The translations under genes and the position numbers were made by a program. From Pseudogymnoascus verrucosus (taxonomy: Eukaryota), in assembly GCA_001662655.1 (NCBI GenBank), contig KV460227.1: 64,000 nucleotides of DNA; one strand, 5' to 3'. Below the pieces are notes generated by a model. It made no database searches. It was given only the letters and a program-made list of their open reading frames with translations, and was not told the origin of the DNA. This document shows positions 24,101-35,592 of the stretch, piece by piece (position 1 is the first letter of the stretch; every line of letters begins with the position of its first letter).

Positions 24101-25203
24101 CTAACGCAAACTGCTTACTATGCTTGCATGGCCCTGAGCTTCTGGTATGGAGGTAGACTCATCCTCCGTGGCGAATATACCCTCTTCCAGGCCGTTGCTG
24201 TCCAGTCTGCCATGCTACTGAGCGCTTTCTCCGCTGGTATGGTTTTCTCTTGGACTCCCAACATCGGCAAGGCCAAGCATGCTGCAACGTCTCTTCAGCG
24301 TCTTCTGGCACGAATATCTGCCATTGATCCATCGTCGCCTGACGGGATCGACGGGGACGTCATGCAGGGCCGTATTGAATTCAACTCGGTCAGCTTTTCC
24401 TACCCTTCGCGCCCTAATCATCCCGCATTAAAGAACCTGAGCTTCACCATTCCTGCTGGCGCAAATGTGGCCTTTGTCGGCGCGACAGGTTCGGGAAAGA
24501 GCACCATCATATCGCTGATCGAGCGGTTTTACGATCCCACTAGTGGATCAGTTCGTGTCGACTCGAGGCCAATTAAGTCTTATCGCACGTCCAGGTATCG
24601 GAAGCGCATCGGCCTTGTGAGCCAAGAGCCGACTCTCTACCGCGGAACCATCAAGGTTAACCTGACAATCGGGCTAGACGAGGACGATATTGCGATGCCC
24701 TCAGACGAATCCATCGAGGAGGCTTGCAAAGAAGCCAATATTTACGATTTCATTAGCAGTCTGCCGTAAGTGTTTCTCTTTCCCCACCTCTTTCATCGTA
24801 TGCGGGCAACAATGTAGTGCAAAGGCTCTCTAACATACAGCTTAGGGACGGCTTTAACACCGAGGTGGGAAGCGGCGGCAACCAGCTCAGCGTGGGGCAA
24901 AAACAACGCATCGTCTTAGCCCGCGCGCTTCTCCGCAAGCCAACAATTCTCCTTTTGGACGAGGCTACCTCGGCGTTGGACTCGCAGTCCGAGTCGCTTA
25001 TCCAGCAGGCTCTTGACAAAGTAAAGAAGGGCCGCACGACAATCACCATAGCCCACAGACTGAGCACCATTGTCAAGGCTGACACGATCTTCGTGATTGG
25101 CGAGGGCAGTGTCGTCGAATCCGGCACGCATACACAGTTGATGGCTATAAAAGGCAGCTATCATCGGCTTTACATGGCGAGCAAAAGCGGGCAAACGCTG
25201 TAG
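21154..25203 (+). CDS. Full-length ABCB (MDR/P-glycoprotein-type) transporter
   Basis: TMD-NBD-TMD-NBD. Walker A GHSGSGKS and GATGSGKS, signatures LSGGQ and [32 protein letters not shown] twice. Exons about 21154-21453, 21524-24765, 24847-25203. Confidence 0.96.
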
Positions 25204-25693
25204 TTAGTGTTGTCGTGTGAATGCGGTTCCAATCTGATAAGCTACGGCTCGGTTAGCCACATACAGGATAAAACGTAATTATATGTTCCGGCCGAACCGT
25301 GAGATCTGCCCGCTTGTGAGCTAGCCGGCCTAACGGTGAGAATTTTCGACTTCTCGTTTAGCCGGCCTAACCATAAGATCAAGGTAGCTTTACATACCAA
25401 GGACAAAATAAATCTATAAATAAAGAAAAAGACAAAAACATACAACAGAGGGTATTCGCTGGTGGTCACCCCCCAATCAGCGTCCGGATTCATCGTTGAA
25501 TCCATTCGTTAAAGGAGAATATGGTCCGTGCCTCGCTTAATTTTATACGGTATCACCAAGTGATTCCCTAGGTATTAGGGACAGTAGAGATCAGAGAATC
25601 AAGCACATATATTTTATCAGTCCTAAAACCAACAATAAGTAACGCGGTAGGCCCTTCTAGCGCTATTATATTCGTGACTAATCCTAGCAATTA

Positions 25694-26135
25694 CTAATCA
25701 TATAGCACCAAGCAACGCGTCTCGATTGAGCGGCGCCGGGGTACCTTCGCAGGTGCATTATGGTCCTCAAACGCTCCGTGCGCAATACCCACAACTCCAT
25801 CACTGTCTCTAGGCGCCGAGTCATAGTCGACAAACAACAAGGCCTCGTCAGGGGCCAGGTTACTGACGTAGTAGAAGCCGAAGTGCGGGCGGGGCCGCAA
25901 GGCAGTGAAGTGCGTCTTGTAATTGTTGAGGGTGTAGATCGGCACGGTATCGCGGCCGTACTGGATAGTGCGCGAGTCGACGAGGGCAAGCGGCCACTGT
26001 CGCACCACATCTCCAACAGGTCGCCATACATTGACTATCCCCCAATGCCTACTCACCCAGCGGTCGGCTTCCTCGTCGCCTAGCACGCGACGGAGATTGA
26101 CAGCGGCTGTTTCGGCGTCGTTGTCCATGTGGAAG
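25694..26135 (-). pseudogene. 3' part of an AsaB/CmcJ-like (cephem-methoxylase P8/GA4-desaturase family) oxygenase, N-terminal half apparently missing
   Basis: FHMDN, WGIVNVWRPV, WPLALVDSRT, HGAF and RRSIETRCLV motifs. CAG acceptor at 26138-26136 with a branch point upstream, but under 0.5 kb of space before the divergent MFS fragment. Confidence 0.7.
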
Positions 26136-26619
26136 CTGCATCGCATCGACAGGGATCACACTAGGGGTCCGCTTTAGCCGCGCTAGACTGTCGGGACGGC
26201 GCGGTGCGGAACAATGGGGCGCGGCGGTATCATCGTCTAGTGATTGGGGAGATAGGGAGATGGGGAGATGGGAGGTGGGGGCGGAGCAGGGCGGGGCAGG
26301 TGTCGGGCGCGCTGGGGGGACTTTGGGGGGTGTACTCTAGAACTCTGTCCCACCTTCCCATCTCGTCCACGTCTCCGAGTACTCCACTACAAGCTGAGTT
26401 TTGAAGTTATGCAGGAAACCTGGATTTCCTGCTGATCCACGAAGCTAAACCTCGACCCTCCGCACACTCAAAGTATCATCGCCAACAACGCTCTACTTCC
26501 ACCCCCTAACGCTGCGCCGCTCCGGCATCCCCATCCAGTCACCAACACGACTTTTAAAGTTAATTCCAACACCGCCGCCCCGTGCCTTGTTTCTCCACTC
26601 CGGGTTTTCTCCGGGGTTT

Positions 26620-27414
26620 CTAATCCGCTGAAGGTGCTGCTGATTATTAAAGAGAAGGACTGTGCGGTGATTCTGTTATATAACAGCATCATCTATGCGT
26701 CTTGGTACACCGTCACGGCCGATTTGGCCAACCTACTGGGGAAGATCTACCACCTCAAGACCGTGCAGATCGGACTGTGCTACGTGTAAGTCGTTGAGCC
26801 GACTCCTTCGATGACATGGCGCTTACTGCCCTAGGCCTTTCGGAATCGGGGCAGCACTCTCGATCTTGGGGAATGGATACGCCCAAGATTGGAACTGTGC
26901 GCGGGTTGCACGCGCGAACGGCTTTATGGCTGACAAGAAGCACGGAGACGACCTGGCCAAGTTTCCAATCGAGAGGGCTCGGATCGATATTGTGTGGCCA
27001 CTCATCTACGTGGGTGCTTTCGCGACCATCGGCTTCGGGTGGGCAGCCGAGACGAAAACACATCTTGCCGTGCTGTTGATTCTCACCTTCATCATGGCGC
27101 TCTTCCTCACCGCTTGCTACAACAGCATGAATCTTCTGCTGGTTGACCTCTACCCCAACTCGCCGTCAACCGCTTCCGCGGCGAACAACCTGACTCGATG
27201 CCTGATGGCTGCCGGAGGCTCAGCAGTCATTGAGCCCATGATCCGTGCCATGGGGGCAGGGTGGGCGTATACACTCGTTGGATAGGTGAGCATCTCTCTG
27301 AGCCCGATGCTATATGTCGTTACCAGATATGGGCCTCGGTGGAGAGAAGAGCGAAGAGTCAGGCTTGCAAAGGAGAAAGCCAAGAAGGAGGTGGAAGCAG
27401 TGGCTAATTGTTGA
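26620..27414 (+). pseudogene. C-terminal half of a DHA1-type MFS drug:H+ antiporter with an in-frame stop
   Basis: NPLKVLLIIKEKD..QIGLCY (intron about 26786-26834) PFGIG..FPIERARI..LLVDLYPNSPSTASAANNLTRCL..GAGWAYT. TAG at 27283-27285 interrupts the last helix and the frame resumes to YGPRWREER..TGA 27414. No N-terminal six-helix half. Confidence 0.8.
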
Positions 27415-27608
27415 GCTGCGACGATGTACGACCGCTGGGAAAAACAAGATGAGTATGAGAAATGCCATGCAAATATAGAACGAGTAGACGACCATGGAAT
27501 GATAGAACAGGTAGACAGCCGCTGGAAGAACAACGCTAGTATATATGATATGCCATGGAAGATAAAACAAGCAGAGTAGACGAATACAAATAGATCGTTG
27601 ATCACGGC

Positions 27609-28784
27609 TCAAGCCAAGCGATGCAGGACCTCTTTGCCCTCAAGCACGCGTTCCACGTTTTCGGCCGTTTCCGCATACCATGTATTCATCAAGCCCTCGT
27701 CAACGTATCCCATGTGCGGCGTAGTAAGAAGACAAGCGCGCCCGTCTTGACCCCAGTAGTGATCTCGTCTCCATAAGCTGCCTTGTGGCAAAGGTTCAAT
27801 GTCGAAAACGTCCAACGCAGCACCGCGGATCCGACGATGCTCCAGCGCATCAATAAGCTCAACTTGGTCAATTAGCGGACCCCGAGACGCATTCACAAGC
27901 AGGGCGTCACGCTTCATGAGCCCCAGTTCCTTTGCGCCCACGATACCCTGTGAGCGGCTGCTGAGCACGTAGTGGATACTCACGACGTCGGCCTGGCTGA
28001 ATAGCTCCTCCTTGCTCACCACGCGGAAGGTCTTGTCGCCTTGGATGCCCTCATTCGGGGCCAGACCGACCGCCTCCGCCATCTGATCGGCTTTCTGCTG
28101 CGTGAGGTTCTCACTCCAGCATACCACGCGCATAGCCCAAGCAAGGTGTCCGATACGCGCGACAGCAGCACCCAACCGACCCAGTCCCACGATACCCAGA
28201 GTGAGGCCAGTCAGGCCCATCGCAAGCCCGCTCTGCCAGCCTCCGGTCTTGATTGCGACATCGTCGATAGCAATATTACGGGCGAGAGCCAGAATCAGAG
28301 CCCACGTGTGCTGTGTCGTGGGATGCGCACCGCCTTTCTTAATGTTTGGGCGCGGTGGGTTGGAAATGAGCTGGTCAGTTCGGCCCAGGCCAGGAGCGGC
28401 GACGACGGTGATTCCCAGTTCCCTTGCGGCTGCGAGGTCAAACATCTCGAACTGGGTACCTGTAGCTAGTAAAAGCTTCAGGTTGGGCAGCTGCCGCAGT
28501 AGAGAGCCCGGGAATGCAGTGCGTTCGCGCACGGTGGAGATGAGGTCGAAGGGCTTCAGTCGCTCTACTAGCCGGGCAACCTGGGCATCGTCGGCCGGAA
28601 CGAGGGTATCATTGAAAGTGGTGATTTGTAGCTTCTCGGACGGGATATGTTTGAAATGGGGTGCCGACGTGTTGAGGTAGTCGTCGATGATGGCGAGCGA
28701 CGGTCGTGATGAGAATGAGAGACGAGCCATGGTCCGTCGCGCGACCAATGCTTTCAAGGAAGGTGATATCCTGCCTGCGGTCAT
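27609..28784 (-). CDS. D-isomer-specific 2-hydroxyacid dehydrogenase (NAD-binding)
   Basis: LAIIDDY, TVRERTAF, LGIVGLGRLG Rossmann motif, LLVNASRGPLI, AALDVFDIEPL, TPHMGYV. Intronless, start at ATG 28784 or 28730. Confidence 0.92.
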   Translation of the reverse strand: MTAGRISPSLKALVARRTMARLSFSSRPSLAIIDDYLNTSAPHFKHIPSEKLQITTFNDTLVPADDAQVARLVERLKPFDLISTVRERTAFPGSLLRQLPNLKLLLATGTQFEMFDLAAARELGITVVAAPGLGRTDQLISNPPRPNIKKGGAHPTTQHTWALILALARNIAIDDVAIKTGGWQSGLAMGLTGLTLGIVGLGRLGAAVARIGHLAWAMRVVCWSENLTQQKADQMAEAVGLAPNEGIQGDKTFRVVSKEELFSQADVVSIHYVLSSRSQGIVGAKELGLMKRDALLVNASRGPLIDQVELIDALEHRRIRGAALDVFDIEPLPQGSLWRRDHYWGQDGRACLLTTPHMGYVDEGLMNTWYAETAENVERVLEGKEVLHRLA

Positions 28785-29185
28785 CGTACTGTATTTTGTA
28801 TCAAAGCCACCAAGGGGGCAGCCGATGAACAGATATATAATGAGCTGTATTTTATCGCTTGTATCGATATAAAGTACGCATGATATCAACCTCCAGCTTA
28901 ACCGGCGGTTTCCCGCTTAAAATCCCACCCTCGCCTAGCAATACAGGAAGTTAGGCGACACGGAAAACACAATAACTTTACCTTTCCTTTTTTAACATTT
29001 TTAATTCTCCTTACTTCTATGTCCCCTGATCATTTAGATCCACATCAGACTCCTTACACACCTATCGATATTTACCAAAAGCACATCCGTCTAAGATGTC
29101 TATTAAGGAAACATTTCCCCACCCATCCTGCGAGTTATCTAAATTCCATTTACCAATGTTTAATCGAGATAAGGATACACAGGAC

Positions 29186-30070
29186 ATGTACCGCTTCAGT
29201 AGGATGGCTGACTCTATAATTAATTATAAAGACTCTGGTAGATACGCCGAAGGATCATGGGGCTACACAGGTACATTGACTATCACTTTTCTTATTCGTT
29301 ATCTATTATATAAGTTCGAGTAAATCGATATGATCTAGCATAACCTAACAAAAGCTAGTACTACGCACGACATACTCAGATGAGTCTAACACGCTATGGT
29401 CAGTTGGGCTAGAAAATCTGAAGCGCTGGGTGACGCAGTATTTTGTCCACATAAACCGTCTGGCTACGAACAAAAGCGACGGATCAGTCAATGAAGAGCT
29501 TGGACGCCGCTTCATCCTTGAGGAATTCGATATAGACTCAGAGAAGCTAAACATCCCTGACCTTAACAAGGCTAGCCAAGACGACATTAAGGCGCTTACT
29601 AATGTTTTTGATTCTTGGCTTCGGAGTGCTGTTGGTAATGTCGAAGGCAATGAGGAATTTAACATTCAACATAGCGCTAGGTTCTGCGACTTCCTAGTTA
29701 TTGATGAGGTTTCACTTCGCTCGCTCACCGCGCTCCCTAAGGAGACACCGCCGTTGGGATTAGTAAGTCGCGAGGAAAGACGAGTAAGCTAGCCTTCTTG
29801 TTCATTATGGGATAATGCTAAGCTCTACTTGTACAGGCTCGGGATATTCTCTATTGCTATTCGTACGTCTGGCTAGTTGACTCGCAGGCCGTAAAACGAT
29901 TCCAGGGCGTTGAGGATAGCGACAACTATGATGGGTGGATGAAATTGTGTACTGAAGATATCTATGATGCATGGTTTGAAAGGACTAATGCATGTGGGAA
30001 GTGGTTATATACCTTTGAACGTAAGGATATCCCTAAATTACCTGGGAAGTTGTGGTATTCCGCCCAGTAA
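29186..30070 (+). CDS. Fungal hypothetical protein, three exons (WGYTVLRTTYS-type N-terminal motif)
   Basis: Exons about 29186-29270, 29359-29783 and 29837-30070 splice in frame: SWGYT|VLRTTYS..FCDFLVIDEVSLRSL..|..VWLVDS..YDGWMKL. Start codon uncertain. Confidence 0.6.
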
Positions 30071-30485
30071 ATCTGCATGAACGGCGACATGAGGAAACCT
30101 TTTTATAAGAGAATTATTTAGGCAGCAAAGAAGGGTGGAGGTTTAGCCATCTACTAGAGGTACAGATTCGTAGTAAAGACATCACTAATAATTTTGCAAC
30201 ATCCTGCACTGCTACGAAAGATGTATAATAGTATCATTTTTGCCGCAGATATAGTGACATATTTACAGACAGATTATTACAAGTTCTAACCACCTTCTAG
30301 AACCCGGCAGCCGGATCCCCTAAGACTAAACCGCAATAACCCGCATTTAAGAGCCCCAAATATATCATTTCATCTATGGAATCCTATCTCCATGGAAAAA
30401 CACCGCATGCATTCATATCCTCAACCCTCCCCCAAGCCCAACCAATATCATTAAACCCCTCCCCATCCCCACCACAAACCAACCC

Positions 30486-31751
30486 TCACAACCACACCAT
30501 CCCCCACGCAACCACCCCCGCCCCCAGCGCCCACGCCAGCGCCCACGCCGGCACAACACCCATCTGCGTCCCAGCACCCGGGATGTCGCCCGAGCCCAAC
30601 CCCGGACTTCCCACCCCAATCCCCGGCACAACAGGTCCGTCATTCTGACTGGTGCCGTCGTCCTGGAAATCAGTCGCTGACGCACCGCTGGTGGTCCGAG
30701 CGGGGCTGGAGTTCAGCGCTGTGGTCGCCCGTGCTGGGGTGGTGAAGTCGTTCTCCTCGACGGAGCTGCTCATGCTGCTGAGTCGGCTGGCGGCGGTGCG
30801 GGAGTTGGCTGCGTAGATGGAGAGGGTGGTTGTTGTGGTTGTGTAGGTGGAGGTGAGGGTTGTTACCTCGATATCGTACCTGTACGTGTAGAAGTAGTAG
30901 TAGTACGAGCTAAGAACGGTTAGAGAGCTGGGACAAGAAGTTGATGAGAAGGCTCACAAGTAGAGAGTCGTGTAATAGTATTGGTAGACAACGTCCGTCG
31001 TCCTCGGGGCAGCTGTCGCGCTCGTTGGCGTAGTCGACGTCCTAGTAATTGTCACGCCGGATTTCACATACGCCGTGCAGGCGGAATCCGTGCAGCAGTC
31101 GTCCCAGCCGTACTTCTGATTCGCGACGCATATGTTCCCCGGACCACACGCTGTCCCATCAGAGCAGCATATATTGGCTTCGGCTGTGCAGCTGTCGCCG
31201 CAGCACTTATTGCCCGCCTTGCAGTATGTGCCGTCGGGACAGCAGACACCACCGGCTGTCTTGCACTCACAGGTGTCGCCACAAACATATGGATACGGGC
31301 AAGTCCCATCAGAGCAACAGTCGTCGCCTGAGGATTTCTTGCAGTAAGCATTGTTTGAGCAACAGCGGTCGGTTGTAGGACAACAGTACCCATCTGTGAA
31401 GTTGTTAGATTTGTAGCCTCATGAGAGGCGACCTGACTTACCCCCGCATGAAGCCTTGTAGGTACCCGTACACGCCCGCTTTTGGAGGGCAACTGGGTTT
31501 AGCCACTCGGCGATCAGAGCACGTCCGCCGAGAGCGACTGCGCTGATGGTTGACTGGTTAAACCTATTGCTCTCTGTCATAACTGCCTTTCCTGGCCCAA
31601 GGGCATTGTCGCGGGCCGCGATATCTGCCGAGCTGGCAATACTACGGTCGTGGTCTTGAGCAACGACATTAGCAGGACTTGTATCGCTGTTGCATCTTGC
31701 GACTTGCAAGATCAGCAAGGTTGCGGCACCTATCTGGCGCAAACCACGCAT
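30486..31751 (-). CDS. Secreted Cys-rich, Thr-rich, probably GPI-anchored cell-surface protein
   Basis: Signal peptide MRGLRQIGAATLLILQVARC, Kex2 site LQKR, repeated CC motifs (CCPTTDRCC, DDCCSDG, VCCPDG, ICCSDG), Tyr-rich then Thr-rich stalk, hydrophobic C-terminus AWALAWALGAGVVAWGMVWL. Two introns near 31441-31394 and 30957-30910. Confidence 0.8.
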
Positions 31752-33757
31752 CTTGAGCTTCAAGTGTGGTAGAAGTGAGAGGAAAATGGAAGATCAGTCC
31801 TTAAAAAGACGGTGCAAAGACGGTTGAAACCGAGCCCATATATGGCCTCAGATGCATGTATTTCAACTTGAACCGACTTCGGTTCCTCGCGGAAACCTCG
31901 GTCTTGATATGGATGCGAGCTCATTTCTCCTCACCAGCTTAGTGAACCTCATAGTTCTTGGCCAAAGGTATCATTGGCGCGCCTGGGATAATTACCTTGG
32001 TGGATCCGGTGTGACTTTTGATAACATAGCAAAGTTGTGGACGCTAAACGCCACCATGCAGGTTGATGGAACTATCAGATTGATAAATGCGAGAAAATCG
32101 GCACATCATACCTCCGGTCTTACATTGTGAGCGAGCTAGAGCCTCAGATGGCGGCTATTTTGTGTGTGCCTCAAGGCGTTCTCCATGCGCGACCTTGATC
32201 CTTGATACTGGCTTTCCCCTCTTTAGTGTTGTCATTTGGCAAGGGTGAGCTTTGTCTGGTCACTAGAAGCGAACGTGGTCTTGGCCAGGTGCGCACGGCT
32301 ATCGCGTCGGCGTACCGGAATGAAGTTCTCCGTCCCGGCATTTCTTTGTCAGGGAGATTATGTTCACGACCAGACACAGGCAAGGCAGAGCATCAGAAAT
32401 CTTGCAGTATTTGGCACCAGTCTTTGGTATTGGGAGTAAGAAACGATAAAAGTCGCTCGCGACAACCCTTTCGCCGAGGGCCAAGGAACCGGCTTAATGC
32501 TCAGCCCCGAATATCTCCAAAGCTGACCGACCCCCAATTGTGGGTGTCATGTCATGGGAACGGTGAGCTTGTTGGAGCTATTTCAACTAGACAGCCTTGC
32601 ATGTATGGCGAGTCCAGGTAGAGATCGCGTTGTAAGCACGTTGTGTTACCTCGTAAACGGGTCATGGTCATGTCCGTAGCAACGAGATGGGAGCATACTC
32701 CGTGCATAGGACGTCAGAACGTTGTCGTGGTGTATATGCTATTGCCCTACATGACAGCTCACATTGTCAGCCTCTGGCTGGTCAGATATGTACATAGAAC
32801 GCAGCTTCGTGGCCAAGGGGATCAATCAGACAATGCCGTTGACCTCATGCTCAACCAGAATCGACAAGCACATCACATGGTGAGCAATCAAGAGCGGCTG
32901 AGCTGTATAGGTTTACCAGAGGTATATCTTTCGTCATATGAAGCTATAGCAATATGGCTACTGGGAGAAACACGGTTGGCGAAGACACAGACGTACCACC
33001 AAGAACGGGACTCTATCCCCAGGACTCTCCATCCCCAGAAGACAAGCTGCCTCCGTCCTGTCTGCCTCCAACTTTGAAGCAGCTCAGCAGCTCATCAGCT
33101 CAACAAAGCCTGTATATATAAAGAAAGAGTGTCCCATGTTTCAGGTCATCATCGCATCATGGAGCCTCCCGAAGGGGCCCTCGTGACAATGGTTTTAGAA
33201 ATGGGTTCTAAGGGTCTTCTCGACACACGGAACGAAATTCACAGCTGAGTAGAGTAAACATGTCGAGCTTTGAATGGTTTTTTATACGTTGGTGGTCTTG
33301 TTTTGTTAAGAAGAAAAGAAGAAAAGAAAAAGAGAAGCGACGAGCACAAAAGTTCCGTTTTCTAGCAAAGTCTTGGCGGAACACGTTTAGTGGAGTCCCG
33401 GAGTCCTGCAAGCGATACGGCGCTTGCCATTTCTCGAACCAAACTGGCACTACGCCATGCTAAGTTAAGAGACGAAAGAGGCATATCAAATAAATGCTTT
33501 CACAAACACAACTCACACGATTATACGAATATTGATACCGAACTTCGAATCTTCAAATACCACATACCGACTACAGCTATCGCTTCACTGCAATCCCCCT
33601 ACGACACTCTCAAATCGACTTTCAACAAAGGTGCAACATTGGAACATCGCCCCATCTGCCTATCTAGCCTTTCGACTCTCTGTGACGCCTTTGGATCCCA
33701 GAATCCAAAGCTCGATATACCAACAACTTGCCCCCCAGCCGTCCCCCATCGGTACTA

Positions 33758-34920
33758 ATGGATAATTTATGGACTCGCCGGACCAAGTAAGCCTTTCTGT
33801 CGTTGGTGAGTCGTGGTTACAGCCGCTAATGTGCGTCAAACAGTAGCAAGCTTTCTCTTTCAACACCGGCAGCCCCTCCCGCCACCACAGCAGGCCACAA
33901 CGATCACCCAACCCGCAACTACACACCCGGGAAGAGGTTTGGCGGTGATACCTCGTCACATGGGAAGTCGAATCCCTTCAACGCCATCCCACTGGCATCT
34001 CCGGCCGTTTCGTCGCCAACTGCGGGCGCATCCAGCGCCTTCGGTTTAGGCTCTGGCGCATTTGCCTCCTTTGGCGCATCTGCAAAGACGCCAAAAACAC
34101 CAGGCAGCGCTTTAGATTTCGGAAATGTCGTGAGCGGGGCACCGACACCTTCTGGTGAGAAGGGGCCGGCAGAACCTGGCCTCACGCGATCAGGTCAGAA
34201 CGCCTCTAGCGCATCGCTGAGCGAGGCCAAACACCCTCAAGCTTCGGCGCATACTCTGAAGCATGGCTGGGTGTTCTGGTTCCGTCCACCGATCCAAAAA
34301 TCGAATGGCTACCTGGAGTATGAGAAAACTCTGCATGCCATGGCAGCATTCGACACTGTCGAAGACTTTTTCGCCATTTACAAACACCTCAAGCGCCCCT
34401 CTACTTTGCCACTGGTCTCCGACTACCACATATTCAAGAACGGCATCAGGCCGGTGTGGGAGGATGAAGAGAACAAGAAGGGTGGGAAGTGGATTGTGCG
34501 ACTGAAGAAGGGTGTGGCGGATCGATACTGGGAGGATTTACTATTTGCCATCATTGGCGACCAGTTTGGTGAAGCCAGTGAGGAAGTGTGCGGAGCCGTC
34601 CTGAGCGTCAGAAATGGCGAAGATATTCTTAGTATCTGGACTCGTAATGACGGCGGCCGCGTCCTCAAAATCAGGTATGTTGCCACACTCTCGAACTCAT
34701 TTGTTGTGGCCCCACTCTAACAACTTCCAGGGAGACTATGAAGCGTGTCCTTGCTTTCCCTCCAGAGACGAAGGTGGAGTGGAAGTCGCACGACTCCAGC
34801 ATCGCCCAACGGACTGCAATCGATGACGCCCGAAAGGATAAGAGCAACAACCAGCACTCGTCCGATAGGCGAAGCGGCGCGAAGGACGATGAGAGGGCGG
34901 AACGAAAGCAGGCCTCATGA
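33758..34920 (+). CDS. Translation initiation factor eIF4E family, class II (4EHP/eIF4E2-like)
   Basis: MDNLWTRR start, then HTLKHGWVFW, TVEDFF, DYHIFKNGIRPVWEDEENKKGGKW, WEDLL..IGDQF, VCGAVLSVR. Introns about 33787-33843 and 34676-34730. Confidence 0.92.
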
Positions 34921-35592
34921 TTAATGCAAGAGGATAAGGGCTTGAGTAATCTTGTTTGTACAATACTACACTGCATCTATGGAAAGCGAGGATAGGCGGG
35001 GGTTTTGGATCAGAGCAAGGCGGGGTTGGAGCTTCAGTTCTTGCATTTCAACCCAAGCTTTGGATTTTTTTTAGTAATGGGACTGTATTATGTATTAAAG
35101 ACCTCGATGACGGCATGAAGGTGCCGCCGCTGCTGGTCTTGACAGCTTTTGGATTACAGATATGACACTGAGTAGGTATCAGCTTGTAATAGTCAACCAC
35201 TCAGACAGAGGCTGCTCTTGCGGTCGTCGTCAGTTAGCTAGCTTGCAATGCAATTCATGAAACTGATATGTTGGCCTTCAATCGTCGGGGAAATGGTTCT
35301 ATTGTAGCCTTATATCTATCAAGGAGCAAGTCTCGCATGTTGTTTGGCGTGGTGATTTTCGTCCCCAACCACTTACCACCGACGACCACCCAAAGGTCAA
35401 ATAAACATCCTATTTTCCCCCATTCTACTCTTTAGAGTCTTTCATGAACCTCACCAACATTTCTTTATAAGAATTCACATTCTTTAATAAGCACCAGGCG
35501 TGAAATTGAATGTGGTTTTCCCACCTACAACCATTTCTAGCCAGTCTTCATCAGAACGCTTCACATGCAACAGCGGTCCTCAGCAATGAGCA

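Noticed and set aside
16700..30300. Starship giant transposon
   Set aside because: No DUF3435 tyrosine-recombinase captain or identifiable terminal repeats in the window.
31852..33760. Several 60-140 aa ORFs between the GPI gene and eIF4E
   Set aside because: Mostly non-ATG starts with no motifs. Consistent with a divergent promoter region.
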